DNA of 64,000 bases from Octopus sinensis (Eukaryota), in contig NC_042999.1 of NCBI RefSeq assembly GCF_006345805.1, positions 61,690,001 to 61,754,000 on the forward strand, written 5' to 3'. Position 1 is the first letter of the stretch. The number at the start of each line of letters is the position of its first letter. This document shows positions 26,641 through 40,769 of the stretch, piece by piece. Made by a program: the position numbers and the translations under genes. The notes beneath the pieces were generated by a model. That model was not told where the DNA came from. It worked only from the letters and a program-made list of their open reading frames with translations, and did no database searches.

Positions 26641-27631
26641 CCTAAAACCATCTGTGAGACATAAGTAATGTATGTTCCCAGATTGGAGAAAATCAGTTGA
26701 AAAATACGCCCGTTATAATCTTTTACACACATACCCCCCCCCCCACACACACACACACACCGAATGGGGTTTATATTACAGGTTACGTTAATTACATATC
26801 GCTTACAAAACTTAAAATAACACGTAAGATTATATATTTAAATATATTTATACCTAATCTGAAACGTTTGGACTATAACATTGTCTTTTCCCTTTTCATT
26901 CCCGTCGGGAATCGAAACAGAATACTGGATTCTGATAGGCAAGAAATCCTCTACTACTTTATTCATTCCCTCCATTGTTCTCAACTACTATTTATACTGA
27001 TTACTCTGCGTAAAATAGGTCAATTCAAATTAAGGCTTCACCGATAATTAAGTGATACAAGCGAGTTTGATTAATTAGAATTTCAAATATTACATATAAC
27101 TAAAATAGATAGACAAATGAAATTAGCTGATGTCAATTTTAATTAGGGTTATATTGAGCATTCAATTATATTCAACTCTAAATTCATACTAACAGCAAAT
27201 GATATCTTCATCCCGGTTCTGTTTACATCAAACTGACGTGGAAATTGCTTTAAATGGTGTCAATACAATGGAGGATTTTGTTTGCTTTTTTTCTCTTTGT
27301 ACAGAATGGAGTTAGAGTGATTGTTATTATTGCTATCTTTCTTCCTAAAAGGGGGGGGGAGAATATAATTATCCTTTTCAGAGTTCTCAATAAGGCCCTG
27401 AAAGTATTTGCACCTTTTAATGAATGTGAAAGAGTTGTATTGAACTATTTCATTAAACTGATAGCATAATGGTTTCTATACATCCCTATAGAGATAAGCG
27501 CATCCACACACATACACACACAAACATGCACACACATTCATGCATACATACATGTGTGTATATATATATATATATATATAATATATATATATATATATGT
27601 ATATCTACACACACACACACATGTGAGTGTG

Positions 27632-27683
<52 letters not shown>

Positions 27684-27949
27684 CTCGCTCTGAGATTTAT
27701 CATTATATATATATATATATAAATATATGTGTATATGTATACATATAAATATATATGCATATATATGAGTGTGTATCTCTCTGTCTCTCTGTCTCTCTCC
27801 CTCTTTCTTCTTTTTCTCTTTCTCTCTCTCCCCCTCTTTCTCTCTCTTTCTCTGTCTCACTCTCTCTCTCTCTCTCTCTGTATGCACATACACACCCAGA
27901 CACACACACATACACATTATACGTGCGTATGCGTCTTCTCATGTGACTT

Positions 27950-28364
27950 TACAAAAATTACCCCGTTCTCTAGTTGCTGTTTGGTTAGTGTAGCATGCTA
28001 TCAATCCCCATGGTGAATTGAGATATAATGAAAGAACCCTTCTCATACAAGCAATAAAATAAAGTATACAAATCTATTGTTATAAAATAAGCGAAAGGCA
28101 AGTAAAAAAGAGGTACTTTTTGAAAAGTAACCTGAGGAGGTGCATTTAAACTTACAATGCATCTCACCTAAAAGATATCGGTACATGTTAGGTCGAAACG
28201 ATCGTAGTTGTTCTGAATAAAGTGTCTCGTGAATTTCATTTTATATCTGTCATATGTTTCATATGAGCTCCAGTGACACCAAGGATTTCCTGAAGTAAAT
28301 CCACTAATATACATCCAGGGTGCCTTCATTGGACTTTCAGTATCAACAACGGGGTATTTTTGTA
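27950..28364. mobile_element. 415-bp element bounded by ~17-bp inverted repeats, containing a hammerhead motif
   Basis: TACAAAAATTACCCCGTT (27950-27967) versus AACGGGGTATTTTTGTA (28348-28364); right end abuts (TATG)n. Confidence 0.6.
28126..28212 (+). ncRNA. Type I hammerhead ribozyme motif with branched/long stem II
   Basis: Stem I AGTAAC (28126-28131) / GTTGTT (28207-28212); CTGAGGA 28132-28138; G10.1-C11.1 followed by two hairpins (GTGCA/TGCAT, ACCTAA/TTAGGT); GAAA 28195-28198; palindrome ACGATCGT 28198-28205; GTA triplet ending 28206. Confidence 0.68.
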
Positions 28365-28595
28365 TGTATGTATGTGTGTATGTATGTATGTATGTATGTA
28401 TGTATGTATGTATGTATGTATGTATGTATGTATGTATGTATGTATGTATCTATGTAAGTATGTATGTATACGTGCAGATTTGTATGTTCTGTTTGCATAT
28501 CAAGACATCCTCATATATATACTTAAATGATAAATTTCTGGAAAGTTTTACAGGTTTTTAGTTCCAGTGATGGCTTGTATATGTATGTATGTATG

Positions 28596-28629
<34 letters not shown>

Positions 28630-28650
28630 TGTATGTATGTATGTATGCAT
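28363..28650. repeat. (TATG)n tracts
   Basis: Direct reading (28363-28460 and 28578-28650). Confidence 0.85.
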
Positions 28651-31600
28651 GCATGTATGTTTGCATGCATGTATATTTGTGTACTTAGGGTAGTCTTCCG
28701 CATTTCCTGAAGAATCATCTTGAAATAGCGCACGACAGGGCTGATCTCTTGTATTGCATGTATAAGCTACCCGACGGACTTTTGTTCAGTCTCCGTCTCT
28801 GGAATTTCCACTCACAATCCTTAGTTCAAACTAAGGCAATGGTAAAAGAGCACTTACCCAAGATACCATACAGCACGATCGAAACTAGCTTCTAGTGATT
28901 TCGAAGCGGACTTTTTAATCATTCAGTCATGCTACGTCCACCTTGAAACAGAAAAGGACATGTATATTAGCTAATCACAAATTAACAATTAAAATATCTT
29001 ACAAAATCAATCTCAAAAGAATCATCCCCTTCAAACGACATAAAAGTAAGACATTGAACGTCATAGAACATCAAACCACATAGAAGTAAGCCATTGAACT
29101 TACCAATGTAGTCTAGAAATTTCAATGAAAATATGATAGTTGTATGCTTCAAGACTCAGAACACAACCAGACGATTTTTCTTCTAATGATTATGCATTTC
29201 CAACAAGGAGGCATTACAAGATATTATGATGTTGAAAAACAAAGTATACTAGAGAAAGTTTAATTCGTTTGTATCACTATCGTTCAATCTATAAAAGAAA
29301 ACTAAAGATTTAAGTGTGGAGTTTTTATTAAAAATAAAAATCTAAGGGAAAAATTTCGTCACCCGATACAGCTCGCTTGTTATATGCTACGAAGGCATTT
29401 AAGTAACTTAGATTAATTTTAGATCCGGTGATAATGATTTGATGACCAACAGCATTATTCCTAAGATCCCTTGCTGCTTACATCAAAAGTGCTGCCATAA
29501 ATGCATCAGCATCATTACTTTATTCAGAAGATGAAACCGAGATGTAGAAATATCAAGGAACTTTGGAACGTTTCGTGCCAAACTTTACAGGAAGGCTGTT
29601 TGAGAAATTAAGAAAATATCTTGAAGAAAAATATACTGATTTGGAAGATGTCATGTTTTCAACGTTATGCATTCGAAAGAAAAGTTGTTATACACACATA
29701 TCCACACATATACACACACATAAACACACACTAACACACATGTGTGTATGTATGTATATATGTATGTATGCGTGCATGTGTATTTGAATGTATTACGTAT
29801 GTTTGTCAATGTGCATAAATGTGTACTTATGTATGAACAAAAATGAGAGAAAGAAAGATATAACGTTTCATTTTCATCATAAATGCGTAAGAGATACGCA
29901 GAGGGAATGAGGGAATGTTGCCAAGATAACACGAGAAAACATATGATGTTTCTAAATATCAACAGACAGGAACTAGTTTGATTTCTTAGCAGACAAGCTG
30001 TAAAGAAATAACGAATGATAACAACTGTCTGGTTGAAAATGACGTAAAGGTCTTAATTGGAAATAATATATTCTATTTGCTATCAAAGTATTTTTATTGT
30101 TGTAAAGTAGTGGTGATAAGCAAAGTTGTGTGGTTAAGATATTTGCTATGCAACAAAGTGTCTGTTGGTTCGATCTGACTGTACACCTCTTGTAGAACAA
30201 ACGCTCATGAATGAATTGTGAGACTGCCTGACTTCTTGGGAGATAGAATTAATCAAGCGTCAAGTTTAACATAAAGGTAACCGTCTGGAATTTTGGTGCC
30301 AGTTAAGGAATCCACCTATTTGAAAGTATTAGAACCACAACTTCAAACTTCAGCGTACAGCGTACCTTCCTTCCAAAAGTCACGGGGGCAAAAACAATCA
30401 GAGGACGCTGCCCTTCTTCTAAGGTATTTACAATAAAATCTACTCTGGTTAGCTATTATATGGTTGTTCAGTAACTGCTAAGACAGCCCTGGAAAATTAG
30501 GACGATTCAACAATATATAACATGTAAAACAGATGAGAGAACAGAATTTTTCTGGAAAATACTTTCTTCAAGTCCCGCTTTACCGTCTTGAAAGGACGGA
30601 GCACCATATATTTTGTAATCTTTGATAGATAATGGGTGAATAAAAACCTGATGGTCATAGCTGAGTCATCCTTGATTATAGGTCTACTCAGCTCAATCTG
30701 ATCTGAAACTCTGCAACAACAACAGCAAAAACAAATACATAGATTGTCGAAAAGAAACGTGGACGAACAGACAGCTATTCTACATGTCTTTTTTTTTGTA
30801 CTTGGTATTATTGTTGTTTTCCACCCGTATATCAGTCTTGATCGAGCAGACTTATAGACAAACACGTTCTAGTGATCGAAAATCCCATCATCACTCTGTA
30901 TCTAAGACTACATCGTCCAACGAGTTCTGCTTGAAGATTATAGGATACAAGACTAGCGACATTCGGCTGTTATTCCTATCCCATTGGATAACCCTGAAGA
31001 TAGTTTCTTCGTGTTATGCAATGATGTAATCGCTCTTCCCACGTCTGCTCAAATAAATTATAACAGTTTTTTATTTTGTTAGTAACTCTGCAGGTTACAA
31101 ATTTTCAAGATTCTACAATACACATAGTGGCCATATATATCGTGGTGTACATAGCATCGGAATATGAGTAACATCGGTTCCAATGACTGTAGTTGTTATG
31201 ATAACTACTGTAACTGAGATGCTTCGACCTGTAGATGGTTCCACTTTAATTTAGATATCGCATTTGTTGTGCTTATTGTTTTAATTTATTTAATTTATAA
31301 CTCCGTGTCATTTCTGTTCGAGCAATCCGTGGTCTAAGACATTTCAGCCCTAATGATGTCACTTTATTTTTTATTCAGACATACTTCGACCTGGACAACA
31401 TCATTCAATGAACCATCTTTTAAGGCGATTAAGAGTGGATCGAGTGAGTTGTGACAGCTACTTCTAGCAAGTTCAGCGACTACGTACGGGTTCAATCCGT
31501 AACTGGTTTCGAGAAATAAGCAACATTATTTATAAGGCAACAAATTTGTGCAACATTTGTTTCTAATAAGAACAAGTATTTATAAAATTAAGTCACTTTT

Positions 31601-32197
31601 TTTTATTCAGTACTCTCTCTACTTCGTACAGCAGACGAATGAAAAACTCTACGCGGTCGATAAAATTATTAGAAATGGAGGCCAAATCGACTCCAGATCA
31701 AAGTTTGACTTCTTTAAAGAAACCCAATAGGCTGATACATTGAATAATGATTCCTATATTCTATACTAAAAACATACAGGATGTTCATGACTGAAGCCGC
31801 TCCTCTTTTTCTTTTAAAATAACAGTTAAACTTCTTTCAAATTATGCCCTGCATTTTGCAAGTTATGTCTCAAGCAACACACGATGCACCTTTGGGCTTA
31901 AATCTACGCAATCAGAGTTGGCCCGGAATAAATCGGTAACAACAATACCTGGTTTATTTTCCGGGACTACTTTTTTTTTAACTATGTACCATTCATAGAA
32001 AGCGAACATTGAGAGGAGAGAGAGAGAGAGAGAGAGGAGAGAGTGAAAGAGAGAGACTATATTGCTGAGAGCTAGTTTTTCTGTTTCCTTTGAGAGTCAT
32101 ACAACAAGGGCTCGCATGACGACGCCTGTGACTTTCTAACGTTATTTTCAGCCTTAATACATCTATAATCATGCGAATAACACGTGCTCACCGAATA

Positions 32198-32205
32198 CTT
32201 GTTGC

Positions 32206-32242
<37 letters not shown>

Positions 32243-32292
32243 CTTCTTCTTCTCTTCTTCTTCTTCTTCTTCTTCTTCTTCTTCTTCTTCTT

Positions 32293-32338
<46 letters not shown>
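32198..32338. repeat. Compound trinucleotide microsatellite (GTT)n(CTT)n(CTA)n
   Basis: Direct reading. Confidence 0.92.
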
Positions 32339-32339
<1 letters not shown>

Positions 32340-35300
32340 TGTTTCAGAAATAATGGAACGATTTAATAAGCACAATTATTCATAACCATCCCTATGTGTG
32401 TGTTTGTGTGCATGTGTGTGTGTATGTGTGGTGTTGTGTGTGTGTATGAGTGTGTGTGTGTATGTGGGTGTGTGTGTGTGAGTGAATATTCTCGCTCTAC
32501 ATACATAAGTGCATACATATACATATACGTAAATGGCAGCAATGTTTTCTACTCAATTCCTAAGAGTGAACACCACCCACTGCAGATTCATCGCGGAGCG
32601 ATATAGGAACAGTAAAGTCGGATACATATTTATTAATCAAAATCCTTCCCAGATTTAATTACATTCAAGATGTCTTGTGTGGCACAACACGGTGATACAC
32701 CATTTAATACAATATATCAGATTAAAAGGAGCGCTTTCTTATCCCCAAACACATGCAATCTAGAACTTCCAATTACTCACGTAACCAACACAATACTTGT
32801 CCTCTAATCTCCAACACATTTTATGTTGTTTGAACTCTATTGTCCAAATATCTGTTCAGTTCGATTACCATTTTGCATTATAGATGACATTGGTTGCCAA
32901 CTAGTTATTACTTCCGTAAACACCTATTCGATGTCTGCAGTGATGTTCTTCGCATCTCAAAAAACATTGTCCGCCTCGTCAACACTGTAACAATTCATTC
33001 CACTACCTACTCCTCTTCGGAATCGGCCAACACTATGGACAAAATGCGTGCCGCCACCTGCGCGAACAAATACAAACCATGTTACTTGGTAACATCTCAC
33101 CTTCAGCAATATGAATACTTACCTCCAGTTCTTCTAAGTATCGCCTCATTCTATGTCTGATCCACTGTGCTTTTCTTCGGTTTGTGATCTTGTTTGTTTA
33201 TAATTATGTGCCTGTGTGTCGGCTTCTCGTAAACTTCCATCCATTCCTCACATCACCTCTCACCATAGCCACATCTCTCTCCACCTCATAATACAAATAG
33301 CCTCATGTGAATTTCTTACTCAAATGACGACTCCCTCAGCCCTTCCACTATCAGGGCCCACTTTTTCTCACTACATTTCTCATTTACTTCAAGTAGCCCC
33401 TCGAGAACTTCCTGTCTCAATCTTTTAACACAGTTCACATTTTTTCACTTCTGGCGGCCATTACTTGACCAATCTATCAGAGGGTCTATGTCAGAAGCGT
33501 CAGATTTTGCTCATAGCAACCCATCATATTTAAAGCTAAAAATTCTCTAGGATTTCATACCCGATAGCAACATAGCTGAATTTGGTTTCCTTATATATTC
33601 TGTTAGATAAATATATAACGAAATATAAAGAATAACAAAGACAAAAAAAGAAACAACACTAACAAACACAAGACATTTCGTCGAAAGGTTTTTTTTTCCC
33701 CCATTTATTATGTCTGAATGGGTGGGTTAGACCAATTAACCACTTTATTGATTAATTCAAGTTGATGATTGTTATTATTTCGTGTCTGTATCAAGTATTT
33801 CCGTTATTTCACTAATCTTAAAAAAATTATTTGGCAATCAGTTTTGTTGTTTGTGAGACTATAAAAAAAATTAAGACTGGAAATAATGTTGATACAATTC
33901 GCAGGATTCCTGTGATGTGACTCCCAAAAAGAAAAGGAAAATTCGCACTAGGCAATTTATTCTCTTTCTATCTCACTCTCTCACACTTCTGTCTCCCCCT
34001 CTTCTCTCTTTCTCTCTTCTCTCTCCCCCTCTCTCTCTCTACTTCTTCTCTCACTTTCTTAATCTCTTTTACTCTTTAGTTATTTCTTTCCATTACTCAC
34101 ACTATTTGAATCTCTGCAACTCCTTTTACCCAGCTTCTTACATTTCATATTTACGCACATCTTTATTGCGTCAATTTTTATGATGAGTATTCCAGTTGTT
34201 CGATCAACCTAACTGCCTACTCATTGAAATATAATGGCGTATTTATTTCCAGTCAGTTTTCTTTAATGCTGTCTACAGTAAATATGTTTACACTAAATAT
34301 CTAACATATTAGATATAACATCAAATATATTGCATTAATTATGCTATACAAAGTCGGCTAGTTGAGAGAGTCGTGACAGCGTCGGATAGAATGCCTTACG
34401 GCATTCATTCCGATATATTTTTACATCCAGAGTTTAAATCTTGCTGTGTTAGCCTTTGCCTTTCATCCCTTTTGGAACAAGTAATTACATTAACGGTTAT
34501 ATAGCTCAATTCTTCTATTTTTCCATGAAAGAAAATGTGTTCGCTCAAACTTGGAAAGGAATAGCTTCACTGGTTTTCACTTGCCCAGTATATGCCGTAT
34601 GTCACTACGATGCGTCTAAGACTCTAACAGATGTTGGAGATGCACCAGCATATTTAAAGTATGACAATGAACATCTTTACATTGTTGTATATAGATAGAT
34701 GTTTTCACTCGCAATTCCAAACATTTATCTTATAAAATATTTATCTTATAAAATTTACAAATACATTTATCTATTTTTTCTTTTATTCTAAATTTAAAGC
34801 TTGTAGAAATTATCGCTGTCTAAATATACTGTTGAGTAGCGTATTTCGAAAAAGTAAACAATTTAAATACAGTTTTGAATAGTGATAATATAAACCAAAT
34901 ATTTTAAATCAAATAGCAATTGGAGAGAAAAAAATATTTTACAAATTTAATATATGTGTCGTTATCTTTTATAAGCATCTTTTGTGATATTTTTTTCTGT
35001 TTTTGAATGTGATTTTTTTCTTCAGAATATATAACTTTGACTCATATTAATTTTTATTATCTCTAAACTGTAAATAATAAAATATGTCCGTTGTAAAATA
35101 TAAATTCTAATTCACACCAGTAATGTGCATTAGAACAGGTATGATATATCTGTTTATGTTTTGTGAGGTTTTTTCTTTGTTTGTTTTTTGTGTTTGTTTG
35201 TTTGTTTGTTTTTTAATAATTCTATTACCGCTGTGCTTTATAGAAAATATTGAAAAACTGAAAAATAATGCAATTTGTTTAGCTTGGTCTGAGAATTTCA

Positions 35301-36099
35301 ATTGTGTGATGCCGAGAATGTGGTATATTAATGATTTTCCCTCGTGAAATATTTTAGTCCTATATTTTATTTTCTCCACATCAAACCTTTTAATGACTAT
35401 TCAAATACATTCCCCCAAGAATAGATTGTTTCCATGAGTTTCTTAATATACATTCTGTCGATATACACAGAATTAGCTATATTGCTTTACAAAGTTTGGT
35501 TAATAGTTGTCTACAGTGTTTGAAGTGATTTAATACTTTTCACATATTGTCATTAATGTTTTATTATATTAAAATTATCGACACAATATCTCTCTTCACT
35601 TCTTTATAAATTCATATTAATAAAATACAATTCTTATCACCTCATCAGAGACCTTCGCTATGAAACCCTAAGGATTATCAAACTTCTATTTTTAATCAGT
35701 CACCAACCTCGAAGGAAGCATGTATATACTCCGATATTCTTTTGAATTTTTTGTATGAGTGAGTTTTGATGAGTGTATTTACATATGGGTCTGTGCATGT
35801 GTATGTACATGCGTGTATAAGTGTGTATATATGTGTATGCGTGTGTAGGTGTGTGTGTGTATGGCTGCAATGTTTAAACAGAGCGTCATTGATAATATAT
35901 ATTGTAGACTAAATTTCGTTTTTCAACCAATGATGAGGAAAATGTCTTTAGTTGAAGTTTAAGCTGAGATGAGCCCAAGTTGAACAAAGTCTTAATCAAA
36001 AGTAACCGTTTTTTCAATAACCTCAATATGATTTGGTTTCGATTTTTAACAGGTTGAACGAATGCTCAGCGTCTCCTTTGATGACCCATCTGAACATAT

Positions 36100-36500
36100 T
36101 TTATCTTCTTTTACTTGTTTCAGTCATCTGACTGAGGCCATTCTGGGACACCATATCGAAGGCTTTAGTCGAATAGAGCAACCTGAATACATACATTTTG
36201 TACTTGAGGTCTGGTAATTATTCTACTGGTCTCTTTTACCGAATCGCTACGTTACAGGGACGTAAACAAACTGACACCGGTTGTCAAGCGGGAGGTGGAG
36301 CTAACACAAAGACACACTCACATTTCTGCATACAAACATATACACGGCAGTCTTCCACACAGTTTCCGTCTACCAAATTCACTGAAAAGGCGTTGATCGG
36401 TCTGGGGTGTGCAGTAGAAAACAATATACAGCACAGTGTGGCTGAACCTGAAATCACGTGGTTGTATAATGAGCTTCTTAAACACGCAGCCATGCCTGCA
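36100..36500 (-). mobile_element. SINE family B, diverged
   Basis: TTTTACTTGTTTCAGTCATCTGACTG...CAGTTTCCGTCTACCAAATTCAC...TTAAACACGCAGCCATGCCTGC. Confidence 0.7.
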
Positions 36501-37974
36501 TTATTGACTCTTCCAGCAGATCTATTCATGTTAAGTGCTCCCTATACATACCCTATCCAGTGATATTTCATGCATGGTTGAGCTATTCGATCCATATGTA
36601 ACATTTGGCAATATTACAATTATTAATGGTCTGGTCTGCTACGCTAGGATATCTCAATAGATTAAGATCGCGTACAAACTGAACCAAGGTGATCGATTAT
36701 CAATCAACTGAAAAGTGAACTGTTTTTCTCCTCTGACCCAGTGCCGCATCAGGCTGTGATCAAAATACTAACTCTTTAGAGTCATTTGCATTTTGCATTT
36801 AGTTTTTGCAGTGAATTGATAAAATCGTAAAGTAACGCGCAAAATATATCTTGCTAATATTGAATCACGGCCCAATATGTTCTGAGTTCAAAATTCGGCA
36901 AAGTTAACTTGAAGTTGTATCTTTCAGGGGTTGAAACAAGGGAATCAGTCCCATAGTTCTATAATGTAATTTATTTTAGATGTAAATGGAATTAGTATAG
37001 AAATCAAAGTATAACTCTGATTGAATAGACATATTCTGGCGCATATATCAATCAGTCGATAATTTCAGCGTTTGTCCTGTCCACGACCCTGTCTACATTT
37101 TAATTATTGGAGATGCCGTAACCTACCCATCTTTTTGAATATTTTGAATATCGCAGATTACAATGTCCAATATATCTTTAATTTTCCAAAAGTACCGTGT
37201 GATTTTAGTGAAATTTGGTTGTTATTTGTGGCAGGTCGGGCATTGTTTTTGTTGTTGTTGTTGTGATCAATATTATTCCTGTTGTCTGTGCTGAGATTGT
37301 TAAAGTTACTGCTGCTGCTGTTCTTCTTGTTGTTGATAATGGCCTTCGGTCAATCCTGATTGAGAAGACCTAAGACACAGACAGTTAGTCGTGCAATCAA
37401 TCAAATAACTAATATCCTATCCACAAAACAGTCAACATTTTATCGATCTACTCATGTTCCCCACCTAACAATCACGTCTTGTCTTTCAGATGCTGTTCAT
37501 CGAAGATTACTACATACAATATATCGTTCCCTCTTTAGGAGGCCAATGTGTGATTCCAGAGAGATTTGGTTGCTATATTTAGCAATTCAAGTGACCACGT
37601 AGGGTGATATTACTTACAACTGTGAAACATTGGAAGAACTGTGAACATTGTTAACTGATCTTCGGTTTCTTCTTTACCCAGTAGGGAAAGTAATCGATGT
37701 TACAGCAGCTTCCTATCCAGGAGTAATTTATCTCCGATCTGCTCACCATGACAGACACCGTGATGTGTTCTAACCCCAGAGATCTCTACGATTCTATAAA
37801 GATTGAAGAAATTAGTCTAAATAAACGAAAATATAGCAGAGAAGACCGTTGGAATTTTTAGGCCCAGTTCAGTACGGATGGAATGATTAAAGATATCCCA
37901 ATTGAGATTTTCCAGAATGTTTGTATTTTTAGGGATGCTCTACTCAGACTAGATAATACAATATGTCCTTCCTT

Positions 37975-38390
37975 TTTATCTCTTTATTGCCCACAAGGGG
38001 CTAAACATAGAGGGGACAAACAGGGACAGACAAACGGATTAAGTCGATTACATCGACCCCAGTGCGTAACTGGTATTTAATTTATCGACCCCGAAAGGAT
38101 GAAAGGCAAATCGACCTCGGCGGAATTTGAACTCAGAACATAGCGGCAGACGAAATACCTATTTATTTACTACCCACAAGGGGATAAACACAGAGAGGGC
38201 AAACAAGGACAGACACACGGATTAAGTCGATTATATCGACCCCAGTGCGTAACTGGTACTTATTTAATCGACGCCGAAAGGATGAAAGGCAAAGTCAACC
38301 TCGGCGGAATTTGAACTCGGAACGTAGCGGCAGACGAAATATGGCTACGCATTTCGCCCGGCGTGCTAACGTTTCTGCCAGCTCGCCGCC
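37975..38390 (-). mobile_element. SINE family A with internal duplication
   Basis: Reverse complement of the 8756-9168 structure, ending GCCAGCTCGCCGCC. Confidence 0.85.
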
Positions 38391-39854
38391 TTTTGTCCTT
38401 CCTTTTTGCTATACGGTTGAAGGTAACTGTAATTTTAAAGAATTTTGCCTGTTATTTCTATCTGGTCAAGTCCTCGTATTGATTCTTAAAGAAATGAGTA
38501 ACTTACTTAAGTGATTATTGGAATTAGCATATAAACATGCGTTAACCTGGTAGGAACGCTCCGAAAAAAATTAACCAAAGAATTTATCAGGAAGTTCACA
38601 TGGGAGCAACTAAATCGAATTTTGTGCGATAGATCAAGCCTTAAAAGTATAAAGATGTAATGTTCTTACCACATGAAGCCATTAGTAAATTTATTTTATG
38701 ACGCAAACTGTAAGAATTCACAGAGAATGAAGATCGTATTGTCACCATTCTCCTACCTTGCATAATATTAAGATAGTGTGAGTATTTTACAGCTAATGGA
38801 TGAGCCGTTACATGCTGAGGTAAAAAAAAATGTTCTAGTTCCTATGAGAAATTAGCAGCTAGCATGGAATAACATCAGTTTAATAAAGTGGTAGTAAAAA
38901 GAAAAATTTAAATACGTCTTTCAAACAGTAAAGAGATTAAGATTGATTGTATTTCAGGAGAATAGTTTTATATTCTCACAGGAAAAGAAAATTCTTTGCG
39001 AGGATCACTTTCCAGTACAAACTGTTGGATTTTAAGGATGTTATCTCGTATTTCAAATAGTATTAATTAGCTGTTAACTCAATAAATAAATAAATAAATA
39101 AATAAATACAGCAAAAGTGAACTAAAGAACTACTCAAATAAAGAACTCAGGAAAACGATGCATTTATCAAAGTAATAAATTTTGTAGTTTCTAGCAAATA
39201 CCAAATTTCGTTTTCATGCGATACATTCTTTGATTTTTGTCTCTGCTGTTGCCATTAACTCACAAGAAATAGCTTTTGTTATCAATAAAAATACAGAAAG
39301 CGATTTTATGTCACGTTTTTCTTTTTTTTTTTTCTCTCTTCTTAATTTAAATATTATCATGTTCTTATTTTCGTATTTTTTCATACCTGCTACATTTCAG
39401 AGATGCAATAAGATTAATAACTGTTTGCCTGCAAACAAAGTCGCAGGTATCTCAGTGGTTAAGTTCAATTCATAAATGTTCCTAATACACCACTCGACAA
39501 GGGATATAAAAACTAGCGAGTAATCTGACAACAATAGAAATGTTGCTTTGCAAACGAAGTCCATTGATATGTTTGTTCTGCGCTAAGTTATAGTCACTCC
39601 TCTGTCACGCACAGCACTAGAAATGCAGTGACGCAGTGAATGGGAAATTGGTAACGTGCAATCTATAATGATAGTTTTTAACGATCATGATCATAACACG
39701 TTTAGACACAGATATACATACACATAAATTCATATAGGGTCACATTCATAAACATACACACATTCAGATTTGTATTTTCAGAAATACACATACATTCGCG
39801 TTCTTATTGATAGCCATATATATACAACACTTATTTATACGTGTATACCTATGT

Positions 39855-40070
39855 ATGTCTGTATAGTTGAAATTATAGAAAAACAAAACACGAAGACGGG
39901 TGTATGAACAACAAACAATTAGTTTGACGCTCGGGAAAAATAAAAGAAGTCTTTAACGTTTCGAGCCTACGCTCTTTAACGGAAAGGAATCAGAGAAAAT
40001 AAACTGAGAGGAGATGAAACACTTGTAGATTTCAGCGGCCCGCCGAAAATGCTTTATCTCCTCTTTTTTT
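39855..40070 (-). mobile_element. Penelope-like terminal-repeat remnant (hammerhead core decayed)
   Basis: TTTAACGTTTCGAGCCTACGCTCTT motif like 12887-12910, but CTGANGA is lost. Confidence 0.5.
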
Positions 40071-40100
40071 TAATATGTAAATTGACTAATTTGACATATA

Positions 40101-40760
40101 TTGGGTTGGCAAGAAAGTCATTTCGGTTTTTCAGTGTGAAATAAATGTAATTTTTCTCATACAAAGAATGAACTTTAATCAATTATATATTTTCCATTTT
40201 CTTTGGTGACTTTTTGCCATCTTTCTGGCAACTTCATGCGCTCATAGAACTTCTGTTCCTTATCAACCATCATCATTATTGAAAGTTCTACCATTCAAAG
40301 AAGTTTGCAAACTTCAAAATAAATGGTAATCTGATGATACAAGGTCAGGGATACATGGTGGGTGTGACATCACTTCCCAATCAAGCTCCAATAATTTTTC
40401 ACGAGTTAGCAAAACATGGATAGTCTAGCGTTGTCATGGTGGAACACAATTCCTTTACGATTTGAATATTCTGGCCGTTTTTCTTTTATTGCTTCCTCTA
40501 GTTTCATTAGTTGTTGACAGTAAACATTTGAATTGATTATTTGGTTCCTTGGAAGCAGGTCAAAATACACAGCAACTTTGTAATTCCACCAAATTGACAG
40601 CATGAACTGTTTCTTCGCAATTCAGCTTTCGATGTGGTTTGTGCTGGTTCATTATGCGTGGACCATGATCGTTATTGTAGACAATCTATTTTTCATCACG
40701 AGTCATGATTCGTTTCATTGCGCTTGAGATGCATATCGCAAAATATTGAAATATTGAAAT
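40101..40760 (-). mobile_element. Mariner transposase remnant with one TIR
   Basis: TA + TTGGGTTGGCAAGAAAGTCATTTCGGTTTTT terminus at 40099-40131. Minus-strand MLSIWWNYKVAVYFDLLPRNQIINSNVYCQQLMKL...RKGIVFHHDNAR (mariner catalytic domain). Confidence 0.88.
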
Positions 40761-40769
40761 ATGCCTTCT

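Noticed and set aside
28700-28740. CTGAAGAATCATCTTGAAA
   Set aside because: No stem II, stem III or stem I complementarity.
30497-30865. 122-aa minus-strand ORF
   Set aside because: No recognisable motif; the poly-Cys comes from a (CAA)n repeat.
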